Assembly (NCBI GenBank): GCA_964485195.1
Contig: CAZAIK010000006.1
Span: forward strand, 12,720-76,719
Length of the DNA: 64,000 nt
Reading direction: 5' to 3'
Source of the DNA: an uncultured Methanosarcinales archaeon
GTDB lineage: Archaea > Nanobdellota > Nanobdellia > Woesearchaeales > CAIVOO01
Below, piece by piece: positions 37,809-47,482 of the stretch (positions are counted from its first letter, which is position 1; each line of letters begins with the position of its first letter). A program made the position numbers and the translations under genes. The notes beneath the pieces are model-generated. The model was not told the DNA's origin. It ran no database searches and saw nothing but the letters and a program-made list of their open reading frames with translations.

Positions 37809-38017
37809 ACAAAAAACAGAAAATTGCTGTTTTCGCAGGAGCTTTACTGGTAAAATTTGTCTTTTACCTGGGCATATCTTTTATTTTTGTGCTCTTATTC
37901 TGGTGGGCAGGCATTACGCAAAATTTTAACTGGAAGCACGTTTTGGTATTGGCGCTGGGCCTGCTGTTTTTAAGAATATTCTTATCAGAAATCCTGGTCA
38001 GGGAAAGCCCAAAATGA
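37796..38017 (+). CDS. small membrane protein (hypothetical)
   Basis: 73 aa, 2 TMs; overlaps the fen/trm5 junctions. Confidence 0.3.
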   Translation: MDEMNKKQKIAVFAGALLVKFVFYLGISFIFVLLFWWAGITQNFNWKHVLVLALGLLFLRIFLSEILVRESPK

Positions 38018-39036
38018 AAGGACTGAAAGTGCCTTTAAAAGATGCCCAAAAAGTCAAGGACAGGCTGGCTGAAAATGGTCTTTTGAGAAGGGGGAAACTC
38101 CCTGTAAAAGAAGTAAATTTTATTATTTTTCCAATTAAGAACTTGCAAGAATTGAATGAAAAGCTCAGGGGATATGAGGTAGTGGAAAAGCAGTTCAAGG
38201 ACAAGAAAAAACCAGGAAAACTGCGGGATTATGTGCTGAAAGACCTGACTGAAAAAGAAAAAGCAATTTTGAAAACCTCTTTTGACGTGGTGGGCAGCAT
38301 AGCAATTCTGGAAGTGCCAGAGGGATTGGGGAAAAAGCAGAAATCCCTTGCAGAAATCCTTCTCAAACTGCACCCAAGGATAAAAACCGTGCTGAAAAAG
38401 GAAGGAGGCCACACAGGCGTTTTCAGGAAGCAGAAGATGAAACTGTTGGCGGGTGAGGATTCAAGGGAAACCATCCATAAGGAGAACAAAGTAAGAATAA
38501 AAGTGAATGTTGAAACTGTTTACTTCTCTGCAAGGCTGAGCGGGGAGAGAAAAAGAATAGCAGGCCTGGTGAAAAAAGGAGAAAAGGTCTTGGTAATGTT
38601 CTCAGGGGCCGGGCCTTATGTCTGCGCAATAGCCAAAAATTCGCAGGCAAAAGAGATTGTGGGAGTGGAGATAAATCCAGAAGGTCACAGATACGCAATG
38701 GAAAACCTGCTGCTTAACAAGATAAAGAATGCCAGGCTTTACCTGGGGGATGTTAAAAAAGTGGTTCCAACACTGAAGGAGAAATTTGACAGGATTGTGA
38801 TGCCCCTCCCAAAGACAGCAGGAGAATTTTTGCCGACTGCTTTGTCTGCGTCCAAAAAAGGCACAATAATACATTTTTATGAATTTCTTGAGGAAAAAGA
38901 CATTCCTGGCAAGGCCGTTGAAAAGATAGAAAAAGCCTGTGAAAAAGAAAAAATGAAATGCAAGGTGAAAAGCTGGGTCAAGTGCGGCCAGCAGTCCCCA
39001 AGAGTCTGGAGAGTTTGTGTTGATTTCAAGGTTTAG
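38014..39036 (+). CDS. trm5: tRNA (guanine37-N1)-methyltransferase Trm5 (Met_10 family)
   Basis: 340 aa. VLVMFSGAGPYVCAIAK...VEINP SAM motif; Trm5/Taw2-like. Confidence 0.75.
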   Translation: MKGLKVPLKDAQKVKDRLAENGLLRRGKLPVKEVNFIIFPIKNLQELNEKLRGYEVVEKQFKDKKKPGKLRDYVLKDLTEKEKAILKTSFDVVGSIAILEVPEGLGKKQKSLAEILLKLHPRIKTVLKKEGGHTGVFRKQKMKLLAGEDSRETIHKENKVRIKVNVETVYFSARLSGERKRIAGLVKKGEKVLVMFSGAGPYVCAIAKNSQAKEIVGVEINPEGHRYAMENLLLNKIKNARLYLGDVKKVVPTLKEKFDRIVMPLPKTAGEFLPTALSASKKGTIIHFYEFLEEKDIPGKAVEKIEKACEKEKMKCKVKSWVKCGQQSPRVWRVCVDFKV

Positions 39037-39085
39037 AAAAATTTATAAAGCAAAAAAATAAATGTATTAGCAGGAGGTTGAAAAT

Positions 39086-39346
39086 ATGGATGAAGACACA
39101 AAAGATATGATTGAAGCTGCGCAGGGAAATCTTATTTTAATTGGAATGAAACTTAGCAAAGGGGATAATGATGCGGCCAAGGAATTCGCAGGTCTGACCG
39201 CCAGTTTTCTCGCAAGTGCAGGACAAACTGGACTGTCCAAAGAGGCAAATAATTTGCTTGCTTCTATAGAAAAAGAGAATATTGAAGATGCCAGAGCTCT
39301 TTTGAGCGACCTTCAGTCAAAGGTCTCTGCATTATTAAATGAATGA
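39086..39346 (+). CDS. small helical hypothetical protein
   Basis: 86 aa; oligo-T run (GGTTTTTTTTG) shortly downstream, terminator-like. Confidence 0.3.
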   Translation: MDEDTKDMIEAAQGNLILIGMKLSKGDNDAAKEFAGLTASFLASAGQTGLSKEANNLLASIEKENIEDARALLSDLQSKVSALLNE

Positions 39347-39396
39347 TCCAATCCAAAATTTCAGAATAGAACGGTTTTTTTTGTTTCTTCAGCATA

Positions 39397-40118
39397 TTAA
39401 TTTAGAGGTATATCCTTAACAAATTTATCTCCCAGTATACCAGTAATCTTATTTAATCTTAAAATTGAACTTTTTAGTTCTTTTTTAGTCATTTTTAGCT
39501 TCTCTGAAGCTTTTTCCAGATTGACTGCTCTCTTATCTTTTAAAAAAAACAATATCCTTAAATCCAGCCCCGCTTTTTCTCTTGCAGAATTGTTTGTTTT
39601 AATTTTATAAACCCTATGGGGAAGTTTCCCAGCATATTTCCCTTTTTCTGAAGTATTAACCCTTATTTCTTTTGTATTATATGCAGTATTATATATGGTT
39701 GACAATTTTTTAATTAACCCGGGGTAATTTTTTGCTTTCCCTCCAGCATGCGTTCCTTTTCTAATAACTATAACAAGAACCCCGCCTTTATTATTTAATA
39801 AAGGTCTTAGATAAGCTATTGGCAATCCTTGCTTTGCACCGCAAGCCTCAAATGTGAATGTCCAACCATAGCCTTTTGGTTTTTTGGAATAACTTCATAA
39901 TTTGAACAGACATATTTACCAAAAATGTTTGGTTTTGTCTTTCTTACGTGATTGACCATTGAACGTGATACATCACTATAAACTACATTTGCGCCTGCTT
40001 TGGCCAATCCTGAAGCCCAGTCTCCAGAAAAACCTGCAATTACTAAAACTTTATCTCCTTTTTTGATCCCTATTTTTTTAAAAGATTGGAATCTTCTGGA
40101 ATTGTCGCTTGCGTCCAC
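39397..40118 (-). pseudogene. class I SAM-dependent methyltransferase split by frameshift(s) at homopolymer runs
   Basis: Track ORFs 39816..40118 (motif I VLVIAGFSGDWASGLAKAGANVVYSDVS) and 39397..39825 (TTG start, no ATG) overlap by 10 nt in different frames. Both frames are open across 39826-39894, which contains a T6/A6 run. Confidence 0.45.
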
Positions 40119-40298
40119 TTTTTTGATTTAAACCAGCCTGTATGCCTAACTGCCCAACCGGGTTTATGAGCCCATCTTGGGTTTAGTATTTGCTTATTGT
40201 CAGGTATTTTCATTTCAATGCTAAATTTTGGTTTATAAAATTAATTTAAAAAACATTTAAAAGCCTTGCGTTACTTATAAGAATAAAAGAAGCGTAAT

Positions 40299-40364
40299 GT
40301 GCGATGATTAAGTGAACACCCTCAGAGCTTCGGCTGTGATGAGTGGAGTAACTGCTGAGCACAC
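40299..40364 (+). ncRNA. candidate C/D box sRNA (2'-O-methylation guide)
   Basis: C box GCGAUGA, 15-nt guide, D' CAGA, GCUUCGGC (UUCG hairpin) spacer, C' box GUGAUGA, exact 12-nt guide GUGGAGUAACUG, D box CUGA, short terminal pairing. Confidence 0.4.
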
Positions 40365-40372
40365 GCAGATTC

Positions 40373-41029
40373 TTATTGGGATTTGTCAGTGATGAGGGGA
40401 AATTTGTGGATTATATTGGTTTGCCTTGGAAGGTATAAAACTGCAGAGCCGCTCCTGCCTCCGGGGTTGTATTTCTCAATAATAAAACCATTGTTCTTTA
40501 GAAATCTGGAAGGATCGTCAAGCTTGTGGCGCTGGCTCCACTCCACAAATAGAAAATCATAGCTGTTGCCAATGTTCCTCAGAAAGAAGTCAAAAGAGGG
40601 ATATGCATATTTTCTGGCCTCTCTCTTGAATTTTATGTGAAAATCCGATCCGGTAAGTTTTTCTCCATCCACAATTCGGGAGATTTTATGGTCCAGCCAT
40701 ATCCCCCCAGCCACGTCCGGGTTTGTTCCTTCCCTTATTGCCAAGAAAAGGGGCTTTTGAATGAACCTCTTTCTTTCATCTCTCTCAAATTGAGGAGGCA
40801 GGTTTGTTTCATCGTATTCTGAGAACGGAGTTCCGTAAAGTTTCCAGAATTGGAGTATTTCCTCGCAGAAGCAGGGTATTCCATTTAACACCCATCTTTC
40901 TCTTTCCTTCCCCTTAGTTAGGTGATATGGCGCTTCATAGAGCTTAATTACGCCCTCTTTGTCTATCCTTTCTTTGTGTAGGACTGTCATAGAAACAGAG
41001 CAAAACAACTCATATTTAAATGTTGTCAT
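40373..41029 (-). CDS. hypothetical protein
   Basis: 218 aa; no recognised motif. Likely starts at an internal Met (MTVLHKER). Confidence 0.4.
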   Translation of the reverse strand: MTTFKYELFCSVSMTVLHKERIDKEGVIKLYEAPYHLTKGKERERWVLNGIPCFCEEILQFWKLYGTPFSEYDETNLPPQFERDERKRFIQKPLFLAIREGTNPDVAGGIWLDHKISRIVDGEKLTGSDFHIKFKREARKYAYPSFDFFLRNIGNSYDFLFVEWSQRHKLDDPSRFLKNNGFIIEKYNPGGRSGSAVLYLPRQTNIIHKFPLITDKSQ

Positions 41030-41084
41030 CAGCAGATAGTTACAAAAGTGATTACTTGTGTTTTAGAACGTAATAAACAAGAAG

Positions 41085-42239
41085 TCAGCCAAACATCCCT
41101 AGATAGTCTTCCCCTTCCAATTCTTCCTCTTTCTTTACCTTCTCGATCGCGTCCAGGAAATCCTTCTGATTTATCTTATACCTGTTCTTTCTGATGGCAA
41201 AATAACCCGCCTCTGTGCACACGGCCTTAATCTCTGCTCCTGACATCTCCCGCATCTTTTGCAGAAGGACGTCAGTGTCCACCTTGCTGTCCAATTTCAT
41301 CTTTTTAGTGTGTATCCTGAAAATCTCCTTAATGCCTTCATCATCAGGCAAAGGAACATAAATCATCCTGTCCAGTCTTCCGGGCCTGGTGATGGCAGGG
41401 TCAAGTATGTCTTTCCTGTTGGTGCATCCTATAATCTTGACATTTCCCAAAGCCTTGAAGCCGTCCAGCTCTGCAAGGAATTGCATAAACGTCCTCTGAA
41501 CTTCCCTTTCCCCGCTGGTGCCTATATCCACCCTTCTTGCTGCCAGCGCGTCCAACTCATCTATGAAAATTATTGAAGGGGCTTTCTCCCTAGCCAGCTG
41601 GAATATTTCCTTGACAAGCTTTGCGCCCTCGCCTATGAATTTCTGAACAAGCTCTGATCCTACAACTTCTATGAATGTGGAATTTGTGGAAGCTGCCACT
41701 GCCTTTGCCAGCATAGTTTTTCCAGTTCCCGGCGGGCCATGGAGAAGTATTCCTTTAGGCGGAGCAATCCCAACTTTTTCAAAAAGTGCTGGCTTCAGTA
41801 AAGGCAGTTCTATTACTTCTTTTATCTCTTCCTGTTGCTCAGAAAGTCCTCCTATCTGGTTCCAGCCCAGCTTGGGCTTCTCCATTATAACAAATTTTTC
41901 AACATTGAAAATCTTGGAAAGCGGAATCTTCTTGACAATTGTAAGGTTTTTCTGCTCTGACAAAACTGAATCGCCCACAGAAACCTTCCCGCAGGCCGGA
42001 GAAACATTAACGAAGAATTCGTTGCCGTTGTTGAGCCTTATCATAGCTCCCCCCTCCAGCACATCCTTTACTTCAGCTGAAAGCAAAGGCGGTTTTTGAA
42101 ACTTGGCCAGCTCGTCCTTGAGGTGGGTAATTGTTTCCTTGAGAACTTTGTTCTCAATCTCCAGCTGATTGGAATCTGCAGAATACCCAATATTGTCCCC
42201 CAAAGCCTTTTCAATATCAACATCTGATTTGTTTTTCAT
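41085..42239 (-). CDS. pan: proteasome-activating nucleotidase PAN (AAA+ ATPase, Rpt homolog)
   Basis: 384 aa. N-terminal coiled coil, OB region, Walker A GPPGTGKT, Walker B IIFIDELDA, SRH. Confidence 0.85.
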   Translation of the reverse strand: MKNKSDVDIEKALGDNIGYSADSNQLEIENKVLKETITHLKDELAKFQKPPLLSAEVKDVLEGGAMIRLNNGNEFFVNVSPACGKVSVGDSVLSEQKNLTIVKKIPLSKIFNVEKFVIMEKPKLGWNQIGGLSEQQEEIKEVIELPLLKPALFEKVGIAPPKGILLHGPPGTGKTMLAKAVAASTNSTFIEVVGSELVQKFIGEGAKLVKEIFQLAREKAPSIIFIDELDALAARRVDIGTSGEREVQRTFMQFLAELDGFKALGNVKIIGCTNRKDILDPAITRPGRLDRMIYVPLPDDEGIKEIFRIHTKKMKLDSKVDTDVLLQKMREMSGAEIKAVCTEAGYFAIRKNRYKINQKDFLDAIEKVKKEEELEGEDYLGMFG

Positions 42240-42258
42240 TGGAAAACAAAAAAAATGC

Positions 42259-43332
42259 TCATTTAAAAGCCTTTGGTTTTACTGACAGCAGGTTTTTGGG
42301 CACCTTGGTCAGGTTTACTGCCTTATTTTTCTCAACCAGGATATCATCCTCTATTCGTATGCCAAATCTCAGAGGAAAATAAACCCCGGGCTCAATAGTA
42401 AAGTACATCCCGTCTTTTATTTCTGTTTTGGAAAGATAAGAAACCGCGGGCTTTTCGTGAACTTCAACTCCCAGGCCGTGCCCGAGGGCGTGAACAAACC
42501 TTTTGTTATAACTGCCGAATTCTTCCCTTGCCTGGGATGCGACCTCTGAAAATTTTTTTCCAACCTCTATATTTTTGATGGCATTTTCCTGGACACCAAG
42601 AACCTTGTTGTATATTTCTTTTTGTTTTTTTGAAGGCCTTCCTATGAAAACTGTCCTGGTTATGTCGGTGCAATATCCTTTGTATCTTATTCCAAAATCT
42701 ATGACGCAGAAGCCCCTGACCAGTTTTTTGTTCTTGGGAATGTGGTGAGGTGTTGCAGGGCTTCTCCCAGCAGCAACGACAAAATCAAAAGAAGGCTCCA
42801 CGCTGTTCTTAATGCATTCTGTCCTCAGAAAATTGTATACATCCCTCTCTGTCCTGAAATTTTTGAAACTCCGAAGGCAGGAATTCATTATTTTGTTTGT
42901 TATTACTGAAGCCTGCTTGATCAGTTTTATTTCTTTGGCTGTTTTGGCCATCCTTAATTCTTCAAGAATGTCTGTAATATCCAGAAACTGCGCTTTTTTG
43001 AAATATTTCCTGAATTTTTTTTGGGCTGATATGCTGAACTTCCTTGATTCAACCCCCAGCTTTTTGGCATTGCCCAGTTTTTTCTTGACCTTCTCCATAA
43101 AATCCTTTTTCATGATGTGGAATTTTACGCTGGATTTCCATGCGTATTCCGCATCCAGCAGGGGAGCCAGGAGAAATGGCTTCTTGTCTGCAGAAATTAT
43201 AAGGAATCCATAGCCGGAGTAATCAGCAAGGTATTTCATATTGGCATTTGCATAGTTGGTCTCCATATTGTAAAGAACTGCCGCATCCACCCCTCTTTCT
43301 TTAAGCCTCTTCTGGAATTCCTTTATTTTCAT
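42259..43332 (-). CDS. M24 family Xaa-Pro aminopeptidase/prolidase
   Basis: 357 aa. Creatinase-like N-domain plus pita-bread domain with HGLGHGLGVEVHE and FTIEPGVY. Confidence 0.8.
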   Translation of the reverse strand: MKIKEFQKRLKERGVDAAVLYNMETNYANANMKYLADYSGYGFLIISADKKPFLLAPLLDAEYAWKSSVKFHIMKKDFMEKVKKKLGNAKKLGVESRKFSISAQKKFRKYFKKAQFLDITDILEELRMAKTAKEIKLIKQASVITNKIMNSCLRSFKNFRTERDVYNFLRTECIKNSVEPSFDFVVAAGRSPATPHHIPKNKKLVRGFCVIDFGIRYKGYCTDITRTVFIGRPSKKQKEIYNKVLGVQENAIKNIEVGKKFSEVASQAREEFGSYNKRFVHALGHGLGVEVHEKPAVSYLSKTEIKDGMYFTIEPGVYFPLRFGIRIEDDILVEKNKAVNLTKVPKNLLSVKPKAFK

Positions 43333-43425
43333 ATTCTAATTAAAAACAAATATTTTTTAAATGCTTTGAAATGGAAAATAGAAACTTTTAAATACTACTT
43401 TGTTCTAATCTTTCATAACTGAAAA

Positions 43426-43713
43426 ATGATAGAAAGCTCAACAAGCCAGCAAAAAGAGGCTGACAAGAGATTCTCCAAGCAGGTAATTGGAAAAACAGTT
43501 GTCAGCAAGACCGGAAGGAAATTCGGGGAAGTGGCAGATCTCATATTTGAAACCAAAACAGGCGAATTGATAAATATAGTGCTTACAACTCCCACTTCCT
43601 ATGCAGAAAAGCTTGAGCTGGAGAAGGACAAGGAAGGGGACATTCTGGTGCCTTTCAGCGCAGTTACAGCAGTAGGAGACTTTCTGGTGATTTCTGAAGA
43701 AGATATAATATAG
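43426..43713 (+). CDS. PRC-barrel domain protein (second copy)
   Basis: 95 aa. VIGKTVVSKTGRKFGEVADLIFETKTGEL. Confidence 0.6.
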   Translation: MIESSTSQQKEADKRFSKQVIGKTVVSKTGRKFGEVADLIFETKTGELINIVLTTPTSYAEKLELEKDKEGDILVPFSAVTAVGDFLVISEEDII

Positions 43714-43781
43714 GGGCTTAAAGCTGTTTAATACAATAACTTTTTAAATAATGTTAATTCTTGGAATTACGGGGTGTTTTT

Positions 43782-44735
43782 ATGAATGTAATCTGGACTG
43801 AAAAATACCGACCCAAGAACTTCAGTGATGTTCTGGGCCAGGAGCACGTAGTAAGCAAGGTTGAGGCCTTTGTAAAACAAAAAAATATGCCCCATCTTCT
43901 TTTTGTAGGGCCTGCGGGTGTTGGAAAAACCTCCTTGGCATTGGTCATAGCGAAGCAATTTTTTGGAGAGGGCTGGAGAAACAATTTTCTTGAGCTTAAT
44001 GCTTCGGATGAGAGGGGAATTGATGTCATACGCGTAAAAGTGAAAGATTTCGCAAGGACCAGGGCGATAGGGGACGTGCCTTTCAAGATAATATACCTGG
44101 ACGAATGCGACGCGCTGACCAGGGATGCCCAGCAGGCTTTGAGAAGGACTATGGAAAACTACACTCAGACCTGCCGTTTTATACTCTCTGCCAACTACAG
44201 TAGCAAACTTATAGACCCAATACAGTCAAGATGCGCAATCTTCAGGTTCAGGCCCCTTGAAAAAGAGCATATAGGCAAGATAATAGAGAGGATAACCAAG
44301 GAAGAGGGGCTTGAGGTGGAAAAGGCTGCAGAGGACGCCTTATTCGCTGTTTCAGGAGGAGATTGCAGGCGGGTGGAAAACATTATGCAAAGCTGCACAG
44401 CAATATCCAAGAAAATAACCGAGGATCTCGTGTTTTCCATCTCCTCAATGGCCAAGCCAAAAGAAATACTTAACGTGCTTAACTCAGCGTGGGAAGGAAA
44501 ATTTGTTGAGGCAAGAAAGGGATTATTGAATATTATGCTTAACTATGGACTGTCAGGAGCTGACGCCATACGCCAGATTCAGAAAGAGATTCTGGAAATG
44601 GACATAGATAACAGGGAAAAAATGCTGTTAATTGAAAAATGCGGGGAGGCAGAGTTCAGGGTTAGCGAGGGAAGCGACTCTTTCATCCAGCTGGAAGCTT
44701 TCTTGGCCAATGTGGGAAGGCTAGGAAATGAATGA
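43782..44735 (+). CDS. rfcS: replication factor C small subunit
   Basis: Internal start MNVIWTEKYRPKNF; Walker A GPAGVGKTS, DEAD-like YLDECDAL, SRC-like arginine RFRP. Confidence 0.85.
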   Translation: MNVIWTEKYRPKNFSDVLGQEHVVSKVEAFVKQKNMPHLLFVGPAGVGKTSLALVIAKQFFGEGWRNNFLELNASDERGIDVIRVKVKDFARTRAIGDVPFKIIYLDECDALTRDAQQALRRTMENYTQTCRFILSANYSSKLIDPIQSRCAIFRFRPLEKEHIGKIIERITKEEGLEVEKAAEDALFAVSGGDCRRVENIMQSCTAISKKITEDLVFSISSMAKPKEILNVLNSAWEGKFVEARKGLLNIMLNYGLSGADAIRQIQKEILEMDIDNREKMLLIEKCGEAEFRVSEGSDSFIQLEAFLANVGRLGNE

Positions 44736-45588
44736 CCACCTAATATTAAAAGAGGCGAAAACTTTAGTTGAGGATTTGGAAGAGGCTAAAAAGAGAATAC
44801 AGATTATTTCCAAAGAGAACATTCTTATCAAAAAGATCCTGGCTGAAAAGAACAAGGCAATTCTTGAGCAACAGGAAAAAATAGAGAAGTTCACCAGGCT
44901 TTTGGTCCTTTCTGACAAGATGCTCTCTGAAATGAAGGAAAAATTATACAACAAAGAGGAAAAATCAAAAAGGCTTGAGACAAAACTAAACAACATCAGG
45001 GAAAGCCAGGAGGATTATCTTTCAGAAATTAAGGAAGCTGTCAAGTCCCGCGACGACAAAATAAAAAAACTTCTTGAAGAGAAGGAAGAAGCTGAAAAAA
45101 GGCTCGTGGCCCTTCTTGATGCCTATGAAAAAACCAAGGAAAAGGCAAGGAAAATTTCAGAAGAAGGGGATGGGAATGCTAAAGAACTGCGCGGCCTGCT
45201 GGAAGAAAAAGAAAGGCAAATCAGTGACTTGAGAAAAGTTTTGTCCGAGAGCAGCAAAAGATTAGGACATCTGGAAGAGCTTAACAAGGAGCTGACTGCC
45301 CAGTATGAACAGGAAAAAGAAGTACTGGACAGGATGATTAAGAGAAGAGACAGTGAAATAAACAAATTAAAGAAATCCTCAAGATTGTCAGAAGATAAAA
45401 AAGAAAAGCAGCAAGAGCACGTCAAGATAAGTGTTCCTAAAGAGTTTGATCCTTTTGAAAGGAAAGAGATAGAATCAATGATTAAGATGGCATTGTCTCA
45501 CGGGGACAATATCAGAGAAATAAAGGAATCCCTGCTCAGCGCAGGGTATGACGGGGAAAAAGTAAATGAAATGATCAGACGTGTTTGA
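44728..45588 (+). CDS. coiled-coil protein (hypothetical), co-transcribed with rfcS
   Basis: 286 aa, K/E-rich heptad coiled coil; 8-nt overlap with rfcS stop. Confidence 0.5.
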   Translation: MNDHLILKEAKTLVEDLEEAKKRIQIISKENILIKKILAEKNKAILEQQEKIEKFTRLLVLSDKMLSEMKEKLYNKEEKSKRLETKLNNIRESQEDYLSEIKEAVKSRDDKIKKLLEEKEEAEKRLVALLDAYEKTKEKARKISEEGDGNAKELRGLLEEKERQISDLRKVLSESSKRLGHLEELNKELTAQYEQEKEVLDRMIKRRDSEINKLKKSSRLSEDKKEKQQEHVKISVPKEFDPFERKEIESMIKMALSHGDNIREIKESLLSAGYDGEKVNEMIRRV

Positions 45589-46519
45589 CCGTCACCTGCT
45601 TTGTAATGAACTGGTCGTAATCATATTCTAAGGTTGCTGTAACAGTCTTAACAAAGTCGCCCTGCCCTCCTGTGGGCTGGGTGCAGGATATCTGCCTTTC
45701 CCCTCCATACAGCGCAATGTAACCTTCAGAGCCTGTCTTCGGCTGTCCTTCCAGGGTTTGCAGTCCTGTGCACTGAAGTCCGCTCATACTCGTGTCTATG
45801 CTCAGGAAGAGCCTGTCTCTTTTCTGTATGGTATCTTCGCATTGTGAGCCAGGCTCAAATATCTTTCCTGTTCCAACGTGCCTTATGGTGAAGGTCAGCA
45901 GAATAGTGTCTGTTCCTCCCTGGGATTCCCTCATTGAGGTTATATGCACAGGCGCTCCTGAATTAGCCACTGCCTTTGCCTCATTTACCTTGCACACAGA
46001 AGCGTCGGAGCTGGAAAGGTCTTCCTTAACGCACATATTGGTGCTGACCTTGGTCCCGTATTTATAGCAGGCATCTGCCTTCATTGTTGTGGTTATTGGA
46101 CCGAAAAGCGTTCTCTGAAAGTTCAGCCCGGGAAAATCCACAACTAGGGTGTCCCCTTCTATAATCTCACCAGCAGGCCCTCTCCTTGTGGGAAGCATTC
46201 CCTGTGGTGGGTTTTTCTCCAGGGCTGCTGCAGATACTCCATAATCTGAAGGGTCTATCCCAGATGTTTTTACCAAAATGTCAGAGCCGGAAGGTATTTC
46301 CCACTCCCCCACATTCTTTATCCTGACATTGATGCTAAATGGAAACTGCGCCCCGTCGAATATCTCTGAAGGGGGCGCGTCCTCAACAAACTCCATGGCC
46401 AGGCCTTTAGTCCCGCCAACAAAAGTTGGGCCAACGCTTGGCCCTTCCTCCTGGGGGGCGCACGCAATTACAAGTGTAACAATCATCAAATAAATTCCAA
46501 ATAACAGGATTTTTCTCAT
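45575..46519 (-). CDS. secreted Cys-containing lipoprotein, paralog family member 1
   Basis: 314 aa. Signal plus lipobox VIAC. Shares ACY.Y.TK....C, QGAP..ITS, L(E/D)Y(D/G)Y motifs with the next two genes. Confidence 0.6.
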   Translation of the reverse strand: MRKILLFGIYLMIVTLVIACAPQEEGPSVGPTFVGGTKGLAMEFVEDAPPSEIFDGAQFPFSINVRIKNVGEWEIPSGSDILVKTSGIDPSDYGVSAAALEKNPPQGMLPTRRGPAGEIIEGDTLVVDFPGLNFQRTLFGPITTTMKADACYKYGTKVSTNMCVKEDLSSSDASVCKVNEAKAVANSGAPVHITSMRESQGGTDTILLTFTIRHVGTGKIFEPGSQCEDTIQKRDRLFLSIDTSMSGLQCTGLQTLEGQPKTGSEGYIALYGGERQISCTQPTGGQGDFVKTVTATLEYDYDQFITKQVTVKHV

Positions 46520-46527
46520 TTTATCAC

Positions 46528-47439
46528 CTAGGATATTTTTTTGATTTGTATACTTTTCCTTTTTGAATCCATATAGCCGTATTCCAAATTAGCGTCAAGT
46601 GTTGTTGTATATGCCAGGTTCCCCGGCACGTTGAAAACGCAGGTTATCAATGCCTGGCCGTTTACCAGGCGAACAGGGCTTGCGGGAAGGCACTGGCCTG
46701 CTGCTCCTCCCAGTTTGAAAGGGGCATAATGTATTTTGTCAAACTTATCATAAGTAACTTCTGTGCACATTGGAGAGTAGCCGTTCTCCATAACCTGGCC
46801 GCCTCCCACGTTTGAGATTCTAATCTTGAATATAGCCCTCCCTCTTAAGGATTCCTGCTGGACAGAAGTTATGGCGACAGGAGCTCCCTGGCCGCCTCCC
46901 ACAGTTGCTCCGTGGGGAGTGCAGGCTCTCTGAACTACAGCGCTGTAAGGGTCGGGGTCCACGCAAACAGGCAGGCTTGCTTTAGTGCTGTAATCGTAAC
47001 AGGCTGTTGCCTGCAAAGTAGCGGGATACACGTCTATGTCAGGAGGCATACTAACATCCAAAGTGCCGTATGTGGGAAATTGTATCTGGGTGTACCCTCC
47101 TTCGGGGTTTACAGGGCTCTTGCCCTCCAAGGAGCCTATTACATGCACTGGATTTCCAACCCGGATAATGTTAGGGTCAAACCCTGATAGATAAAAGTAA
47201 ACCCCTGTTGTTTCTGATCCCAGGTTTTGCACTTCCAGGACAATGTTGTGGCCAGTATCCTGCTGGCCTGCTGTGTAAATTACAGCAGGAGGATGGTTCG
47301 GCAGGAAGTTAAAGAAAATGCCCTGCGTGCCCCTGTGAGTTTCTGTAACCACTGTTTCCGGCTCCCTCTCTGTGGGAGCGCACGATGCAAGTAGAATGGA
47401 TAAAGCAGAAATTATCACAAAAAGCTTGAAATACCTCAT
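46528..47439 (-). CDS. secreted Cys-containing lipoprotein, paralog family member 2
   Basis: 303 aa. Lipobox LASC; motifs ATACYDYSTKASLPVCVDPDP, QGAPVAITSV, LEYGY. Confidence 0.6.
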   Translation of the reverse strand: MRYFKLFVIISALSILLASCAPTEREPETVVTETHRGTQGIFFNFLPNHPPAVIYTAGQQDTGHNIVLEVQNLGSETTGVYFYLSGFDPNIIRVGNPVHVIGSLEGKSPVNPEGGYTQIQFPTYGTLDVSMPPDIDVYPATLQATACYDYSTKASLPVCVDPDPYSAVVQRACTPHGATVGGGQGAPVAITSVQQESLRGRAIFKIRISNVGGGQVMENGYSPMCTEVTYDKFDKIHYAPFKLGGAAGQCLPASPVRLVNGQALITCVFNVPGNLAYTTTLDANLEYGYMDSKRKSIQIKKIS

Positions 47440-47482
47440 TTTGCCTTTTTAAAGTGATACTGTGTATTTAAATTTTTTCTTT

